Assembly: GCA_003427395.1 (NCBI GenBank)
Contig: BFEA01000004.1
Span: 2,229,738 to 2,293,737 of the forward strand
DNA length: 64,000 bases
Direction of reading: 5' to 3'
DNA from: Chara braunii
Taxonomy: Eukaryota > Plantae > Charophyceae
The notes beneath the pieces were generated by a model, which had not been told where the DNA came from, ran no database searches, and saw only the letters and a list, made by a program, of their open reading frames with translations. The position numbers and the translations under genes were made by a program. The first letter of the stretch is position 1. Each line of letters opens with the position of its first letter. Positions 50,892-59,620 of the stretch are shown here, piece by piece.

Positions 50892-52299
50892 CCGCACCGA
50901 ACGAGTTACCGTTTACTGTTCGGATCTTAAATCTTGACTCCTCCCACTTGAGGTGAGGCGGCGTTAGTGGCCACGAGTAATTGCACTCCCTACACGAAGA
51001 CAGTTTAAGGCCCGCTGTGACTGCTAGTTTCTCATCTAGCCATGCAGTCGAACTTCCTTCAGCCATGCAGTGTGTATGGGGGTTAAGTCGGTAACAAGCC
51101 AGGAGGAGAGAGGGACCGCAGTTCAGACGGAAGACGGGAGAGAGAAACACTACCAGGAGCTCCGCTTGAAGCGCCAAAAATTGAGAGTCAAGACTATAGA
51201 AACAGCACTAAAAAAATTGACGAAAAAAATTGACGAAACGTAGATTCTTCGTGTTCGTGTGTACGCGCGCGTGAAAATCTATGTGTGTGTGCGTATATTT
51301 CTGTGCACGTGTTTGTACGTGCCTACATGTGTGTGTGCGTGTGTGCGTGTCTTGTGCCAGACTGTTTCGGCGGACTTTCATGGACTCGTCAGAAGGTTGA
51401 TGTGTGTGTTCTTGTGTGCTCGAGTGTACGTTCGATTAATTACGTGTGCAAGTTAGCGAGGAGAGAGAGAGAGAGAGAAAGAGGGAAAGGCAGTGGTGAC
51501 AGGTGAGTGAGGCGCCCAGTGTTAAACGTACAAGTCATCACCCGTTCTAAAGGTGGGAGTTTCAACTGCACGATAATTTAATGTAGACACAGACGAAAGA
51601 GAAGGCACGGATGAAGGTGTGGCGAGAGCATGATCGACAGAGATGAGCAGGGGAAGGCGGGAGAGGAGCCGTTCAAGTGGGGGTAGATGGGGCGTTCTAG
51701 TGGGGGTAGATTTTCGGGATGGGGACCTGAGGGTGGATTCACACCTCAACGCCCATTTCCTTGGTTTTGCCGGCAGCCTTTCCATGACCATTTTGTGCAA
51801 ACGATGAAGCTCGAATGACTGATCGCCTCGTGGCAGCGAGGAAAGGCCACCATTTGCGCTCCCCATGAGTCTGCCACCTGAGTTGTTGATTTCTCTTTCC
51901 CACTCCCTCATTCACCGACGACGCCCTCCTCCTCAATCCATCAAAGGCGGCGAAATGTTCTGCCCAAGAACCACTGACACCCCGCCGACGGTGAAGCCGG
52001 TCTGTAAGCGGACAACAGCTCCGAGCGGACGCGACGAAGCCCGAGCTGCTGCCACGTGGCAACGAGAGAGAGGCCGATCCAGCAGCAGCAGCAGCGTAAT
52101 TACCAACAACCGGTGCGACGCCAAGAATGGTCGATTGTTTGCCCGAGGACTGCGCAGCTGGTCTAGAAGAGCGCCGCGACGAGGAGGCAGAGGAGGAAGT
52201 CGATGACGACGGGGACGACGAGGCGGAGGAGGGAGGAGAAATATGTGCTCGATACCCGAGAGAAGAGAGCAGCTGATTCGAAGTCACAACATGCGCCAT
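1773..52299 (-). CDS. GLU1: Ferredoxin-dependent glutamate synthase (Fd-GOGAT), plastid-targeted; exons 1-15, 3' part outside the window
   Basis: The spliced translation (907 aa) contains ERDA|CGVG (Ntn-amidotransferase Cys1), [91 protein letters not shown] and [28 protein letters not shown], typical of plant Fd-GOGAT. All 14 introns are GT-AG with matching phases. The symbol denotes a GLU1/GLU2-like homolog. Confidence 0.96.
2068..2400. repeat. ~175-bp tandem duplication
   Basis: TTATCTGGATTTAAAATCCAC...GGAGAATAGCAAA occurs twice. Confidence 0.85.
3390..3547 (-). CDS. GLU1: Fd-GOGAT exon 14
   Basis: [22 protein letters not shown]...[10 protein letters not shown](S). Confidence 0.95.
4004..4125. 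mobile_element. 122-bp MITE, PIF/Harbinger (Tourist)-like
   Basis: TIR GGGCCTCGCTC(C/T)ACTA; flanks TAG/TAT. Confidence 0.8.
5243..5458 (-). CDS. GLU1: Fd-GOGAT exon 13
   Basis: [10 protein letters not shown]...[18 protein letters not shown]; 216 nt. Confidence 0.94.
6055..6109 (-). ncRNA. Type III hammerhead ribozyme motif, copy 2
   Basis: Minus strand: AGACUG-UC^AGGG-UUCAA-CCUC-CUGAUGA-GUUGG-UGAAAGU-CCGAC-GAAA-CAGUUU. Core and stems II and III intact; A.C mismatch at the base of stem I; predicted cleavage between 6102 and 6101. Confidence 0.85.
6533..6643 (-). CDS. GLU1: Fd-GOGAT exon 12
   Basis: Manual translation [37 protein letters not shown] (not in the ORF track); cag|GTG and CAG|gtaggc borders. 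Confidence 0.95.
8208..8367 (-). CDS. GLU1: Fd-GOGAT exon 11
   Basis: [30 protein letters not shown]...FKQRFAQ. Confidence 0.96.
9460..9602 (-). CDS. GLU1: Fd-GOGAT exon 10
   Basis: [20 protein letters not shown]...LLTRQ; ends in phase 2. Confidence 0.93.
11222..11314 (-). CDS. GLU1: Fd-GOGAT exon 9
   Basis: VGVLNID...KGRLGPGMM...TGE; 93 nt. Confidence 0.95.
11979..12075 (-). CDS. GLU1: Fd-GOGAT exon 8
   Basis: (S)[20 protein letters not shown]...YVASE. Confidence 0.95.
14004..14074 (-). CDS. GLU1: Fd-GOGAT exon 7
   Basis: [23 protein letters not shown](S); ends in phase 2. Confidence 0.95.
15315..15413 (-). CDS. GLU1: Fd-GOGAT exon 6
   Basis: [21 protein letters not shown]...YPE; 99 nt. 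Confidence 0.95.
16191..16312. mobile_element. 122-bp MITE, same family
   Basis: GGGCCTC TIRs; perfect 3-bp TSD CAT. Confidence 0.85.
17579..17710 (-). CDS. GLU1: Fd-GOGAT exon 5
   Basis: [10 protein letters not shown]...[11 protein letters not shown]; 132 nt. Confidence 0.95.
18680..20640 (-). mobile_element. Degenerate retroelement remnant, possibly the C-terminal part of a LINE ORF2
   Basis: Purine-rich minus strand with frameshifted Trp/Cys-rich fragments (e.g. FACPWITEL) and an internal ~120-bp tandem duplication (19870-20100); family not secure. Confidence 0.35.
21047..21209 (-). mobile_element. tRNA-derived SINE (family A) with 8-bp TSD
   Basis: A box TAGCTCAGTTGG, B-like GCTCGAATCC, body CTGAATTACCTGGGGCCGGTCAG, T/A tail; TSD CTCTTGCT at 21039-21046 and 21210-21217. 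A partial duplicate lies at ~21372-21494. Confidence 0.8.
22295..22621 (-). CDS. GLU1: Fd-GOGAT exon 4
   Basis: VFVK...IVYKGML...HNGEINTLQ; 327 nt. Confidence 0.96.
22991..23170. repeat. ~89-bp tandem duplication ending in G-rich (GGGGTGA)n
   Basis: ACTTAGACACCCCAAACTCTAGGTCAACTCTC... occurs twice. Confidence 0.85.
24244..24359 (-). CDS. GLU1: Fd-GOGAT exon 3
   Basis: [21 protein letters not shown]...TLPTIRQ; AG/GT borders, phase 1 to 0. Confidence 0.95.
25389..26060 (+). mobile_element. L1-clade LINE ORF2 remnant
   Basis: 25389-25591 translates [11 protein letters not shown]...[30 protein letters not shown], matching the post-RT L1 motif VAW..v..pK..GGLGi.D.....AL..KW. The downstream extent is approximate. 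Confidence 0.7.
27022..27334 (-). CDS. GLU1: Fd-GOGAT exon 2
   Basis: cag|GTGGTGGAC...GAG G|gtcagt; [17 protein letters not shown]...AAAAQE; 313 nt. Confidence 0.95.
28548..29196. mobile_element. Stack of ~3 TTAA-family TIR elements
   Basis: TTAA-ACCACCAG...CTGGTGGT-ATAA-ACCACCACTACC...TTAA-GCCACCGCTACC...GGTAGTGGTGGT-TTAA. Confidence 0.7.
31200..31410. repeat. ~42-bp minisatellite
   Basis: Repeated CAGGGTGCTCAATTTCGCCCGTGCCCCTATGCTACCAACC. Confidence 0.88.
33377..33498. mobile_element. 122-bp MITE, same family
   Basis: GGGCCTTGCTCCACTA TIRs; flanks AAT/TAT. Confidence 0.82.
34033..34114 (+). tRNA. tRNA-Ser(GCT)
   Basis: 82-nt GTGGCTTTGGCCGAGTGGTTAAGGCGTGTGCCTGCTAAGTACATGGGTTATACCCGCGAGAGTTCGAATCTCTCAGGCCACG. 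Paired acceptor stem, A and B boxes, GCT anticodon, long variable arm, discriminator G; CAA immediately upstream and T4 about 30 nt downstream. Confidence 0.9.
34306..34347 (+). pseudogene. tRNA-Ser 3' half within a ~233-bp tandem duplication
   Basis: ACATGGGATATACCCACGAGAGTTCGAATCTCTCAGGCCACG followed by a copy of the downstream flank (34073-34305 duplicated at 34306-34538). Confidence 0.8.
34590..34837 (+). pseudogene. tRNA-Ser pseudogene interrupted in the D-loop by a TIR element
   Basis: TGGCGAGTGG-TCAA-[171-bp element]-TTAAGGCAGTGCCTGCTAAGTACACGGGTTATACCCGCGAGAGTTCGAATCTCTCA. Confidence 0.75.
34604..34774. mobile_element. Non-autonomous TIR element, TTAA-flanked family
   Basis: TIR ACCACCAGTACT/AGTACTGGTGGT; flanks TCAA/TTAA. 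Confidence 0.78.
35326..35416 (+). pseudogene. U6 snRNA pseudogene
   Basis: GGGACATCCATTAAAATTGGAATGATACAGAGAAGCTTAGCATGGCCCCTGCGCCCGGATGACACACATAAAT; several substitutions, no U-tract, no evident USE/TATA. Confidence 0.85.
36838..37053. mobile_element. TTAA-family TIR element (right end degenerate)
   Basis: TTAA-ACCACCAGTACTTG start; shares internal AATGGCTGG and TTTCCAGCATCGG with the 34604 copy. Confidence 0.62.
37092..37158 (+). pseudogene. U2 snRNA fragment, retroposed
   Basis: TGGCTAAGATCAAGTGTAGTATCTGTTCTGATCAGTTTAATATCTGAT (branch-point pairing GTAGTA, stem IIa), then a (TA)n/A-rich tail; flanked by AAAAAAGAAT at 37083-37092 and 37186-37195. Confidence 0.88.
39923..40195. repeat. 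~56-bp minisatellite
   Basis: Repeated CATTTCACCGATCAGGTTTCAGGTTTCCTACCCAGGTATTAGTTGGGCAT. Confidence 0.9.
40860..41125. repeat. Degenerate tandem repeat (CATTGTAGACTATGTACC core)
   Basis: Core motif recurs many times over ~260 bp. Confidence 0.8.
42356..43061. repeat. Long inverted repeat (two copies of a dispersed element, tail to tail)
   Basis: 42356-42507 mirrors 42911-43061 and 42650-42696 mirrors 42858-42903; partial copies at ~750-835 and ~40277-40325. Confidence 0.8.
43510..43700 (-). mobile_element. SINE family A copy with internal inversion
   Basis: A box TATCTCAGTTGG, B box GTTCGAATCC, same 3' end as the other copies. Confidence 0.7.
43704..43825. mobile_element. 122-bp MITE, same family
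   Basis: TIRs; perfect TSD AGG; abuts the 5' end of a SINE. Confidence 0.82.
46175..46480. repeat. (CTCTG/CTCTCTG)n simple repeat
   Basis: Explains the LCSL-rich spurious ORFs. Confidence 0.92.
47636..47730 (+). pseudogene. U6 snRNA retrocopy a
   Basis: TCCTTCGGGACATCTGTTAAAATTGGAACGATACAGAGA...GGCCCCTGCGCAAGGATGACACGCATAAATCGAGAAA; the AGATTAGC segment is replaced. Confidence 0.88.
47740..47839 (+). pseudogene. U6 snRNA retrocopy b (5'-truncated, with U-tract)
   Basis: GACATCCGTTAATATTGG...ACAGAGAAGGAAGATTAGCATGGCCCCTGCGC...GAGAAATGGTCCATTTTTTT. Confidence 0.88.
47911..48079 (+). mobile_element. SINE family A copy
   Basis: TTACCAACTGGCGTAGCTCAGTTG...GAAATACAGACCCGAGTTCC...CTGAATTACC...CCTTT-A9. 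Confidence 0.8.
48365..48617 (+). mobile_element. SINE family A copy (host of U6 retrocopy c)
   Basis: CAGACCCAAGTTTAAATCC...CTGAATTACCTGGGGTCGGTCAG...TCAAGGCC, interrupted by U6. Confidence 0.72.
48497..48572 (-). pseudogene. 3'-truncated U6 retrocopy c with 12-bp TSD, inserted in a SINE
   Basis: Minus strand GTCCTTCGGGACATCCG...GCAAGGATGACAC, flanked by AATGATAATATT at 48485-48496 and 48573-48584. Confidence 0.92.
51353..51401 (-). pseudogene. Truncated hammerhead motif, copy 3
   Basis: Minus strand AUCAA-CCUU-CUGACGA-GUCCA-UGAAAGU-CCGCC-GAAA-CAGUCUGGCAC. Lacks the 5' stem III strand and the GUC site; embedded in degenerate (TG)n. Confidence 0.7.
51745..52299 (-). CDS. GLU1: Fd-GOGAT exon 1 (185 aa, Ser/Ala/Arg-rich plastid transit peptide)
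   Basis: ATG at 52299 (MAHVVTS...), Ser/Arg-rich and acid-poor. Donor GAG|GTGTGA, phase 0, joins in frame to [14 protein letters not shown]. The link across 24 kb is inferred from composition and phase. Confidence 0.8.
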
Positions 52300-52861
52300 G
52301 ATTTCTCCCCCAGCTGGTCTACGTTCAAGTGTCGCTCCTCTCCGCGCCCCGCGCGCATGCGGCAGGCCAGGAACTCCCCAGCGCACCGCACCGCACCGGG
52401 TCAGAAATGCGCCAGCCCAAGCGCACCGGGCTAGAGACTCCGCTACCTGTTATTGCTCGCCAGCCGGATGTCGAGCACAGAAAGCGCACTCGAGGATGGT
52501 CAGGCGGGCTCGTCGTCCTTCTTTTCCCGGCTATGGCGGCTCGTCAACCGCTCCTAACAGCCGTCCCCTCACTGGGTCCTCCTCCTCCCTTTCCTAAGAT
52601 GCGCGCGAGCCAAGTGCCCTTTTGTTGGGTTTAGATGGGAGACGCAAATGCACAGCGCGCGAAGCCAGTCGCCCACCGCGAAACCGACCGCCAAAAAAGC
52701 CCACCCCGCATTTTCTGATCGACAGTTCTCCTCATGCCCCGCCTTGCCGCCCCAGTTCCGACCTTGCGCGTCCGAAAAAATGACGGGTCACGTGGTAGCG
52801 CCAACAAGCAACTACCGCTGCCCAGAATGGGACTGTTTGTCCGGACTACCGGGTGCGACTT

Positions 52862-53108
52862 GGGCCTCGCCACACTACTCTCGAAATGTGCAAAATGAGA
52901 ATGAACTTCCCGTTAGAACACTGCCAGATGCGCCGGCCACAGTTTTGTCTTTTGCACATTTCGAGAGTGGTGTGGCGAGGCCCTATGGGCCTCGCTGCAC
53001 TGCTCTCGAAATGTGCAAAACGAGAGCGAATCTTCCGCTAGAATATGAAAAGATACGCGGCCATGATTTTTGTCTTTTGTGCATGTCGAGAGTAGTGCGG
53101 CGAGGCCT
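52862..53108. mobile_element. Two tandem 122-bp MITEs (52862-52983, 52987-53108) upstream of Fd-GOGAT
   Basis: GGGCCTCGC TIRs, separated by and followed by TAT. Confidence 0.85.
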
Positions 53109-56100
53109 TATATTGGCCGGCAATTGCGGCTGAATGCCACACACGTGCAACTGTTATTTAATAATAAGCACGTCGGGAGCTCGAAGACTCGCCTCGTAGT
53201 CAGTTCTAAGGGCTTTACCCTTGAGTGGGGCGAGAAGGATATAGCGCAGTTTCGAAGGAAGGGGGGGGAGAACAAAAAAAAAAGCGACCCACCCCATGTG
53301 GCTGAATGGTACAAAAAAAAAAAAAAAAGAATGGTACACACACGCAACTGGTACGCGTCAGGAGCTCGAGCCTCGACGATGGACGATGATGGACGATGAT
53401 GGACGGGATAAATCCGTAATGATCGCCCCCACCTGACCACGACTATTCGCGCGCTTCGGCAAATGGGTTCTTTTTTTTTTGGACCAGTTTTCGCTTCACT
53501 TTTCCTAAATGCCACGCGCGGCGCGGTGAGTTCAGTTGACGCCGCGTGGCGAAGTCGCACTTTTCCAGATTAGCCATTTTGTGCCGTCGATTACGAGGGT
53601 CGACGTAAGTGGGACGTCTCTCCCGTATGAAGCCGCGAGAGAGAAGAAAGGAAAGGATGAGATTTTGCGGTGGGGGAGGAAACCGAGGTCCGGCACTCCG
53701 ACACCATGCCCTTGCTTTAGCCTGAACGCCTCTCTGCGCCCGCGCCACACCATAATAACTGATCCACGGTCTTTTGCAGTCGCCGCGGTTTACCCCATAC
53801 ATTACATGGACAACTACCGCAGACCTGCAGGTGGTCGGTGATGACCACAACCTCCCTTCACCCCCTCTTTGGCCTCCTCTGCCTCCCTCCCAACCCTACT
53901 CCGCCTCCTCCATTTCTTCTATCGACCCTGATCACCGCCTGGTCGTTGAATTGAGCCTTGATCGATCGTCTCTGCACCTGTCAAGTGGGTGCGTTCTGCA
54001 TCTGTCCAAATTCATATCCCTCTGGTCCATAAATGCAGAAGGGCAGCCGTTCACATCTGGCTCCATTCAAGAGACTACACCCGACCTCGTTCTTCTACTA
54101 CTCACCAAGTGCGGAAGTGGTGCGTGTAACTTGCAGCAGAGCGTGGCAACATGCATTCGTAACTCGTACATTTAGCGAGCGTCAGTTTTCATCATTCATT
54201 TATGATCCTCGATTATGGAGACCGACGACCGTTTCGGTTCAGACTGGTCGTCGGCCAGGCGGAACTACCCTTCCTTTCCACTACATGCGGCTGCGGGAGA
54301 TTTGCTGTCATTCCCTGCTAGCCACATCCTCCTCTCCATACGTAGTCTGCGGCACCTTGTACCTCCGCCGCGTGCTACTGACCTCCCATTCCCACACAAC
54401 ACTCGCTTGCCTCATCGCAGCGCAGCGCAGAGCCTATTTTCTGCAATTTTTCTGCAAGTTCCCCCTCGCAACTGCATTACTTGATTTATATTCGGGAAAG
54501 GGAAATCCATGGAAGTAGCCTGCACATGTTGGCAAGAGACAAAAACACCCTGGTCAGACCAGATGCAGGCACTAGAGTGAGTGAGGTGCAGGCCATGCAC
54601 CTGTGCACTACAGAGACGCAGGTTCGCCGAGGGGCGAACAATTAAAAAAGGGGGGGGAAAGGGTCGCTGAGGGACATCCAGGTTTCCCATTCAACCTTAT
54701 AATATTTTGTCACTCCAGAGTGTCGGGTTTACTGGGGGGCCTGAGGCCTTTCTAGGCAACGTTTCTGTGTTCTCCCTTTTTATTTTGGTGCAGCATGAGC
54801 TCCATCTCTTCACTATTCCCAAAGTAGCCCTTCACTTACCTCCTGAGTTGCTATCCAGCCTCTCATCACATGATCTACAACACTATAGTATTCCTCAGTA
54901 TGTGGCAGTGGGAGGAGGCTGTGCTCCATTATTTTGATGTATTGCCATCTCCCGAGTAGAACGCATGGTCACAAACTAGAATTGCATGCCAGATACGGTT
55001 CTAACCACCATGTCTTCTATACTGCTCCAGCTAAATAGGTGTGCGGTCAAGCCTTTTGTGACTTATAAGATGTCCAAACCACTAGTCTCTCCGAGGTGAT
55101 GTTCACCTGATGGAAACCTTCCCATCAAGGATGAACCAAATGGGCCGCCGGCAAGCCACTACATCGAAAGTGCAGCCTCCATGTATAAATCCAAAGACTG
55201 GGGAAGTGTCTGGTGGCTCTGTCCAAACACGTCAGAGAAAACAAAGACAAGAAAGTTATAGCAAGATTACGAGTGTGTGTTGAGTGCACCACGCGACCCC
55301 CCCTGGCAGGGCTGCTGATTGTGCACCATCATAAAATAGACCTGTTCTGGGAAAGACCCTTGACACAATGAATGCTCTGTAAAACTCCCAAACATTGATT
55401 CAGAAGGACTGTGATAGGGGGCTTCGGTGATAACAAAAAGGTTTGTTGGTGGAGCAAAACGAGCATTTTGCATACAAAAAATAGAGATGAGAGATCCACT
55501 TTTGACCACCATGAGTGCATGTGTGGTTTCCTTGTAAAAGTATAGAATGACTACTTTACAAGATGCGAAGTAGAGAACGATTGGAACTTGCAGGTTCGTT
55601 CTGTGGGTCATCACCGCTGCCGGTGTGCAGAGAATAGATTGAACCATGGCAGGACAGATTTCTGCACACTTGGGGGTTGGCCCGAAACGGGCCTGTGTAC
55701 TGTTAAGGGGGCTGACCTTCCTTGTTGCCCCTATCTTATGAAAATCGTTTTGCAAAATGTACCTACTCCAAGTTGTAATATACAAGGGATATTTCTGCAA
55801 CTTGTAACATGGTTGGTTCTTGCAGTCAGGATGCACCTTAGGGAGCGCAAATAAAAGATGACGTGTCTCTCTTCCTACTTCGGAATTTTGCATGTTCAGT
55901 GCAAAGTTTTGGCATGGTACTTCGCGTGGAATGGCACTCAAAATTTGAATTCTTGGTAACCACTCAGTAGCTCGTGTGTATAAATGGATTTTTTTTTGGA
56001 ATCAGGATTTGTTATTTTTATTTTTTTTAAAGACACAAAGCCCCATCTATTTTGGGGGGCAGCAGTCTGGTTGCTCATCACCGGCAAGCAGCAACAGGCA

Positions 56101-56506
56101 GAAAAGTCAGAAGGGAGGGGGGAGGCGGTTGGGGGTATTGGGGGGGGCATTCTGTGGGTCGGAAGGCAGTTATGCACCTAGTCACCCACGAACCAGGCAG
56201 GGAGAGGAGCCAGCTAGGGGCCGCAGCAGGCCCTTCGCTCCACACCAAGAACGCGTTGCTAAACGGTCTCAATCTATGTACCTTACGAATGTTCCCTCAA
56301 GTTTCAGGTCCCCAAAATCATCACCAGAATTCCTCTAGTTGCCATATTCTCAGTCTTGGCTTTATTGCTCCTCCTTTGATCCCAGCACTCCCCCCCCACC
56401 CCCCACCTCTTTTCCCCCCAGCACTCCCCATTCCCCCAACCCATAGCCCTTTCTCCTGTAGAGCACCTCCCCCTACGGTATCTATCCTACTGCCGAAAGT
56501 TTTTGT

Positions 56507-58050
56507 TGTCGGGCACGGCGGTCCCACACCCTGCGGTAAGTGTCAGACCTCACGGTCGTGTCACGCAGGAGTAAGCTATTGCGTTAAGTTAGCGGAGATA
56601 CCACTCTGACAGTGTGCGCCAACTATACCTCTCATGGCTCCTTGCGATAGGACCTGGTTCCGCAAGGTACAACTCACTTTTACCTGAGGGGTTATCACCA
56701 CCCTTAGATAGGTGTATCCCCGTTGAGCTACTAACTCACGTACGAAGGTTTTTACTTGCAATCGCAGAGGTAAGTCAATCAATGGCATTTGCTCGATCGA
56801 TGTAGCATAGGCACACGCACGGTAGAACTCATAAAACTGAACCGTATATTTGTCAAGCATCGAGGCACTTATCACCTGTACCGACTTACGATTCATGTCG
56901 ACTTGACAAGTCGTTACGGATAACATATTCTTCCATCTTTGATGTGGTCTTCTTATACAACCCGCAAAGTATCTGTCAAACGACTTAATTCAATATTGAT
57001 ATAAAAGAAGTAAGCACGTTTGACTTCAGAATAGGTTCTTACCACGGCGTTAATTTCACCTTGTACATGAACTTTGCGCGCACAACATTTTAATTCATAG
57101 CTCTTAACCCTTTAAAACAATTTTTAAACAATGTGCGTACGATAAATAGATTTCAAGCACTGAGACATAAAAGCAGGGAAATGTCTTTACATTTTTACAA
57201 AGGCAAACATCATAATGCACAAATTTTTTACTTTTGGAAGAAAACAAACATATATTGCATTTCAATCATGCATCATAAATCAAGATAGGCTCACGACCTT
57301 TCAATAAAATATGAAATGTATAAGGTTTTTAGCCTTGCCAATGATCATAATCTATTTAACATCAAGAAAAATAATTGTAGGATATTCAAATCAAATGTAC
57401 AAAGGGTACGTGTCAATGAAGTGTTTCAGTCAAGGTCCTGAGGAACATAAATTTATCAATGCGAGTTACGTTGTGAATAATACATGGATGGTTGTTTTAT
57501 TGACCATCTGGTTCCCTGCCTCCAGAATTTCACAAAAACTCCGGTAGAACTTGTATTATCGATAAGCAGTCTGATGTCCCACTTGATATAGTCTCGGCAC
57601 AATTTGGTCCGAGTGACATTTTGTCAGCGGTCTTCTCGTCAGAGAAACCTCATAGATAGTAATGCAAGTTTGAATAAGAATAGAACACTTAGACTCTCAA
57701 GATACTGGAGAGGTCACTCAAAATCTGATAGAGGGTCTTGAAAACTCTTGGTCTGGAGAAACACTATTGTCGGGCATGGTGGTCTTACACCCTGCGACAA
57801 ATGTCGAACCTCACGGTCGTGTCATGCAGGAGTAAGGCATTGCGTTTAAGTCAGCGGAGATACCACTCCAATCGTGCACGCCAGCTATATCTCTCACAGG
57901 GTAAGTCAGTCGAGGGCGATTACTCGATCGTCGTAATAAAGGAATACGCGTGGTTGAATGTCTAAAACTGACTCGTATATATGTCGGGCATCGGGGCGCT
58001 CTTGGCGTGAATACCCTTACAAGGGTATCTGCCCTGATTTTTACGAGTGA
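56507..58050 (+). mobile_element. Two related LTR-like segments starting TGTCGGGCA (56507, 57768); related piece at ~61708-62000
   Basis: About 130 bp of clear similarity (ACACCCTGCG...CCTCACGGTCGTGTCA.GCAGGAGTAAG...AGCGGAGATACCACTC). CCCTTACAAGGGTAT is shared between 58014 and 61723. No gag/pol is recognisable. Confidence 0.45.
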
Positions 58051-59409
58051 CAGGAATGAGGTGATTAAAAATTAGATGCGAGATTCAGCGGTTCATGCGA
58101 GTTGCGGTCAGTTTTCTTCCTAACCGACTGACAGTTCAGAGGAAAATGAATGGAGTGTATGGGCGCGCAAGTTTGATGCGCGGGCAGTCTTTTCTTGATT
58201 GATATTATAGAACTACCATAACTACTGGTTGACTTTTTATTTCGAGTTAATTAGGACTAAGAACGATCGTTTTGTTTTTGGTTGAAATGTCTGTCTATGG
58301 CGCGCACACCTACACGTGGCTTACAGTGATCAATATCAGGTTTGATTGTTGGTGCCGCAGATTTTTTACCTCGGCGTAGCATGGGATAGTGGTGGAATGA
58401 CTTCAACAGGGAGAGCAGAGCACACTGCGACTACGACGGGGCCTAGGTCAACCGACACTGTCGTTCGACGGTTGGGGTTAGCTTTGTTGCGTCTGTGCCC
58501 ACGTAGAACCTCTTATATGAAAAACCGCATGTGAGAGGCTTAGACTTGGGCCTAGCCCTGTAGGTTATAGCTTTGGACTGATACTACGAAGATACGAGGA
58601 TCGAGACCGACACATGGCGGCGAGGGAGCAGTGGCGCATATTAAAGGAACGGAGGGGTTGAGGGTCTGACAAGGCTATCCCCCTTAATTTTTTCGACGGC
58701 CTCGGGTTTGAGATCGACCAGTGGAGCAAAGGGCTGCCAGCAGTCCCCTCTCTCCCTATATCCCGTTTTTCTTCCATTTTTGTTTTACATTATTATCAAC
58801 ATTTTTTTTTTTTTTACTACTTTAAATCAGAGTCGGTCTTGGTGCTGGTACCGGAACCGATCGGGTGACCAACAAACCTGAGCTTTGTTGGTACGCCTGT
58901 GAATTGTTAGGGACGTAGGGCCGAGGAGTTCAGCGTGCATATAGGCCAGGTGAGTGCCTAGCCCACGTGGCAAAAGAAACCTGAGTGACGGAGCCCCGTT
59001 GTGGGTGTATCGCCCACCACCCTCGATCTGTCGTAAGAGGTACGAGTGCGAGCATACCCGTTCGGGTCCGTGAGGGACAAGGCTTGTCACACAAATTTTG
59101 TTGAAGTCCTCGATGTACCATTTTGTGTGCCCATTTGTCAGGTGCCTGTGGAGCCGTGGGGACAAGGAAACTGCGGTCACCGCTGGAGGTGACCGCAAAT
59201 ACCCCATTTTTTTAAGTTTGTTTTTAGCATTATCTCGTGAATTGGTGAAAATTTGTTCACGAGAGTTCTTGCACAGTTTGTGGATGGCGCCGTGTAACCA
59301 GCAAAGTACCAATTTCCCATTGTTGCAGATGGCCAGGGCCTTGTTCTGTCTGAAAGGGTACAAAAGTGCGACCTTTACCATGCCCAAAACCTCACATCGG
59401 CCCTTCCCA

Positions 59410-59468
59410 AAGGGTCGCAGTGTGAGCATGTCTGTTGGGACCCGAAAAATGGTGAACTATGCCAGAGC
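59410..59468 (+). pseudogene. 28S/25S rRNA fragment
   Basis: GTGTGAGCATGTCTGTTGGGACCCGAAAAATGGTGAACTATGCC matches the conserved LSU motif GACCCGAAAGATGGTGAACTATGCC. Confidence 0.8.
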
Positions 59469-59473
59469 AAGAT

Positions 59474-59620
59474 GGGCCTAGCTCGATTGGTACACCAAAG
59501 AGCTGTTGAAATACAGACTCGAGTTCGAGCCCAGATGCAATTAGTGGGACTGAATAAGTTAAGTCTGAGTTGCCCGGGTTAGTCTCAGACCAGTGTGCCC
59601 TTGATCACGTAAGCCGTGAC
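59474..59620 (+). mobile_element. SINE family A copy (diverged)
   Basis: GGCCTAGCTCGATTGGTACACC...CTGTTGAAATACAGACTCGAGTTCGAGCCC. Confidence 0.7.

Noticed and set aside
52300-52386. Upstream extension of exon 1 (MRWGVP...) from the ORF track
   Set aside because: It starts at a non-ATG codon; the first in-frame ATG, in good context (ATCATGGCG), is at 52299.
54700-55941. 224-aa ORF / possible Harbinger transposase remnant
   Set aside because: Only faint motif resemblance across broken frames; cannot be supported without a profile search.
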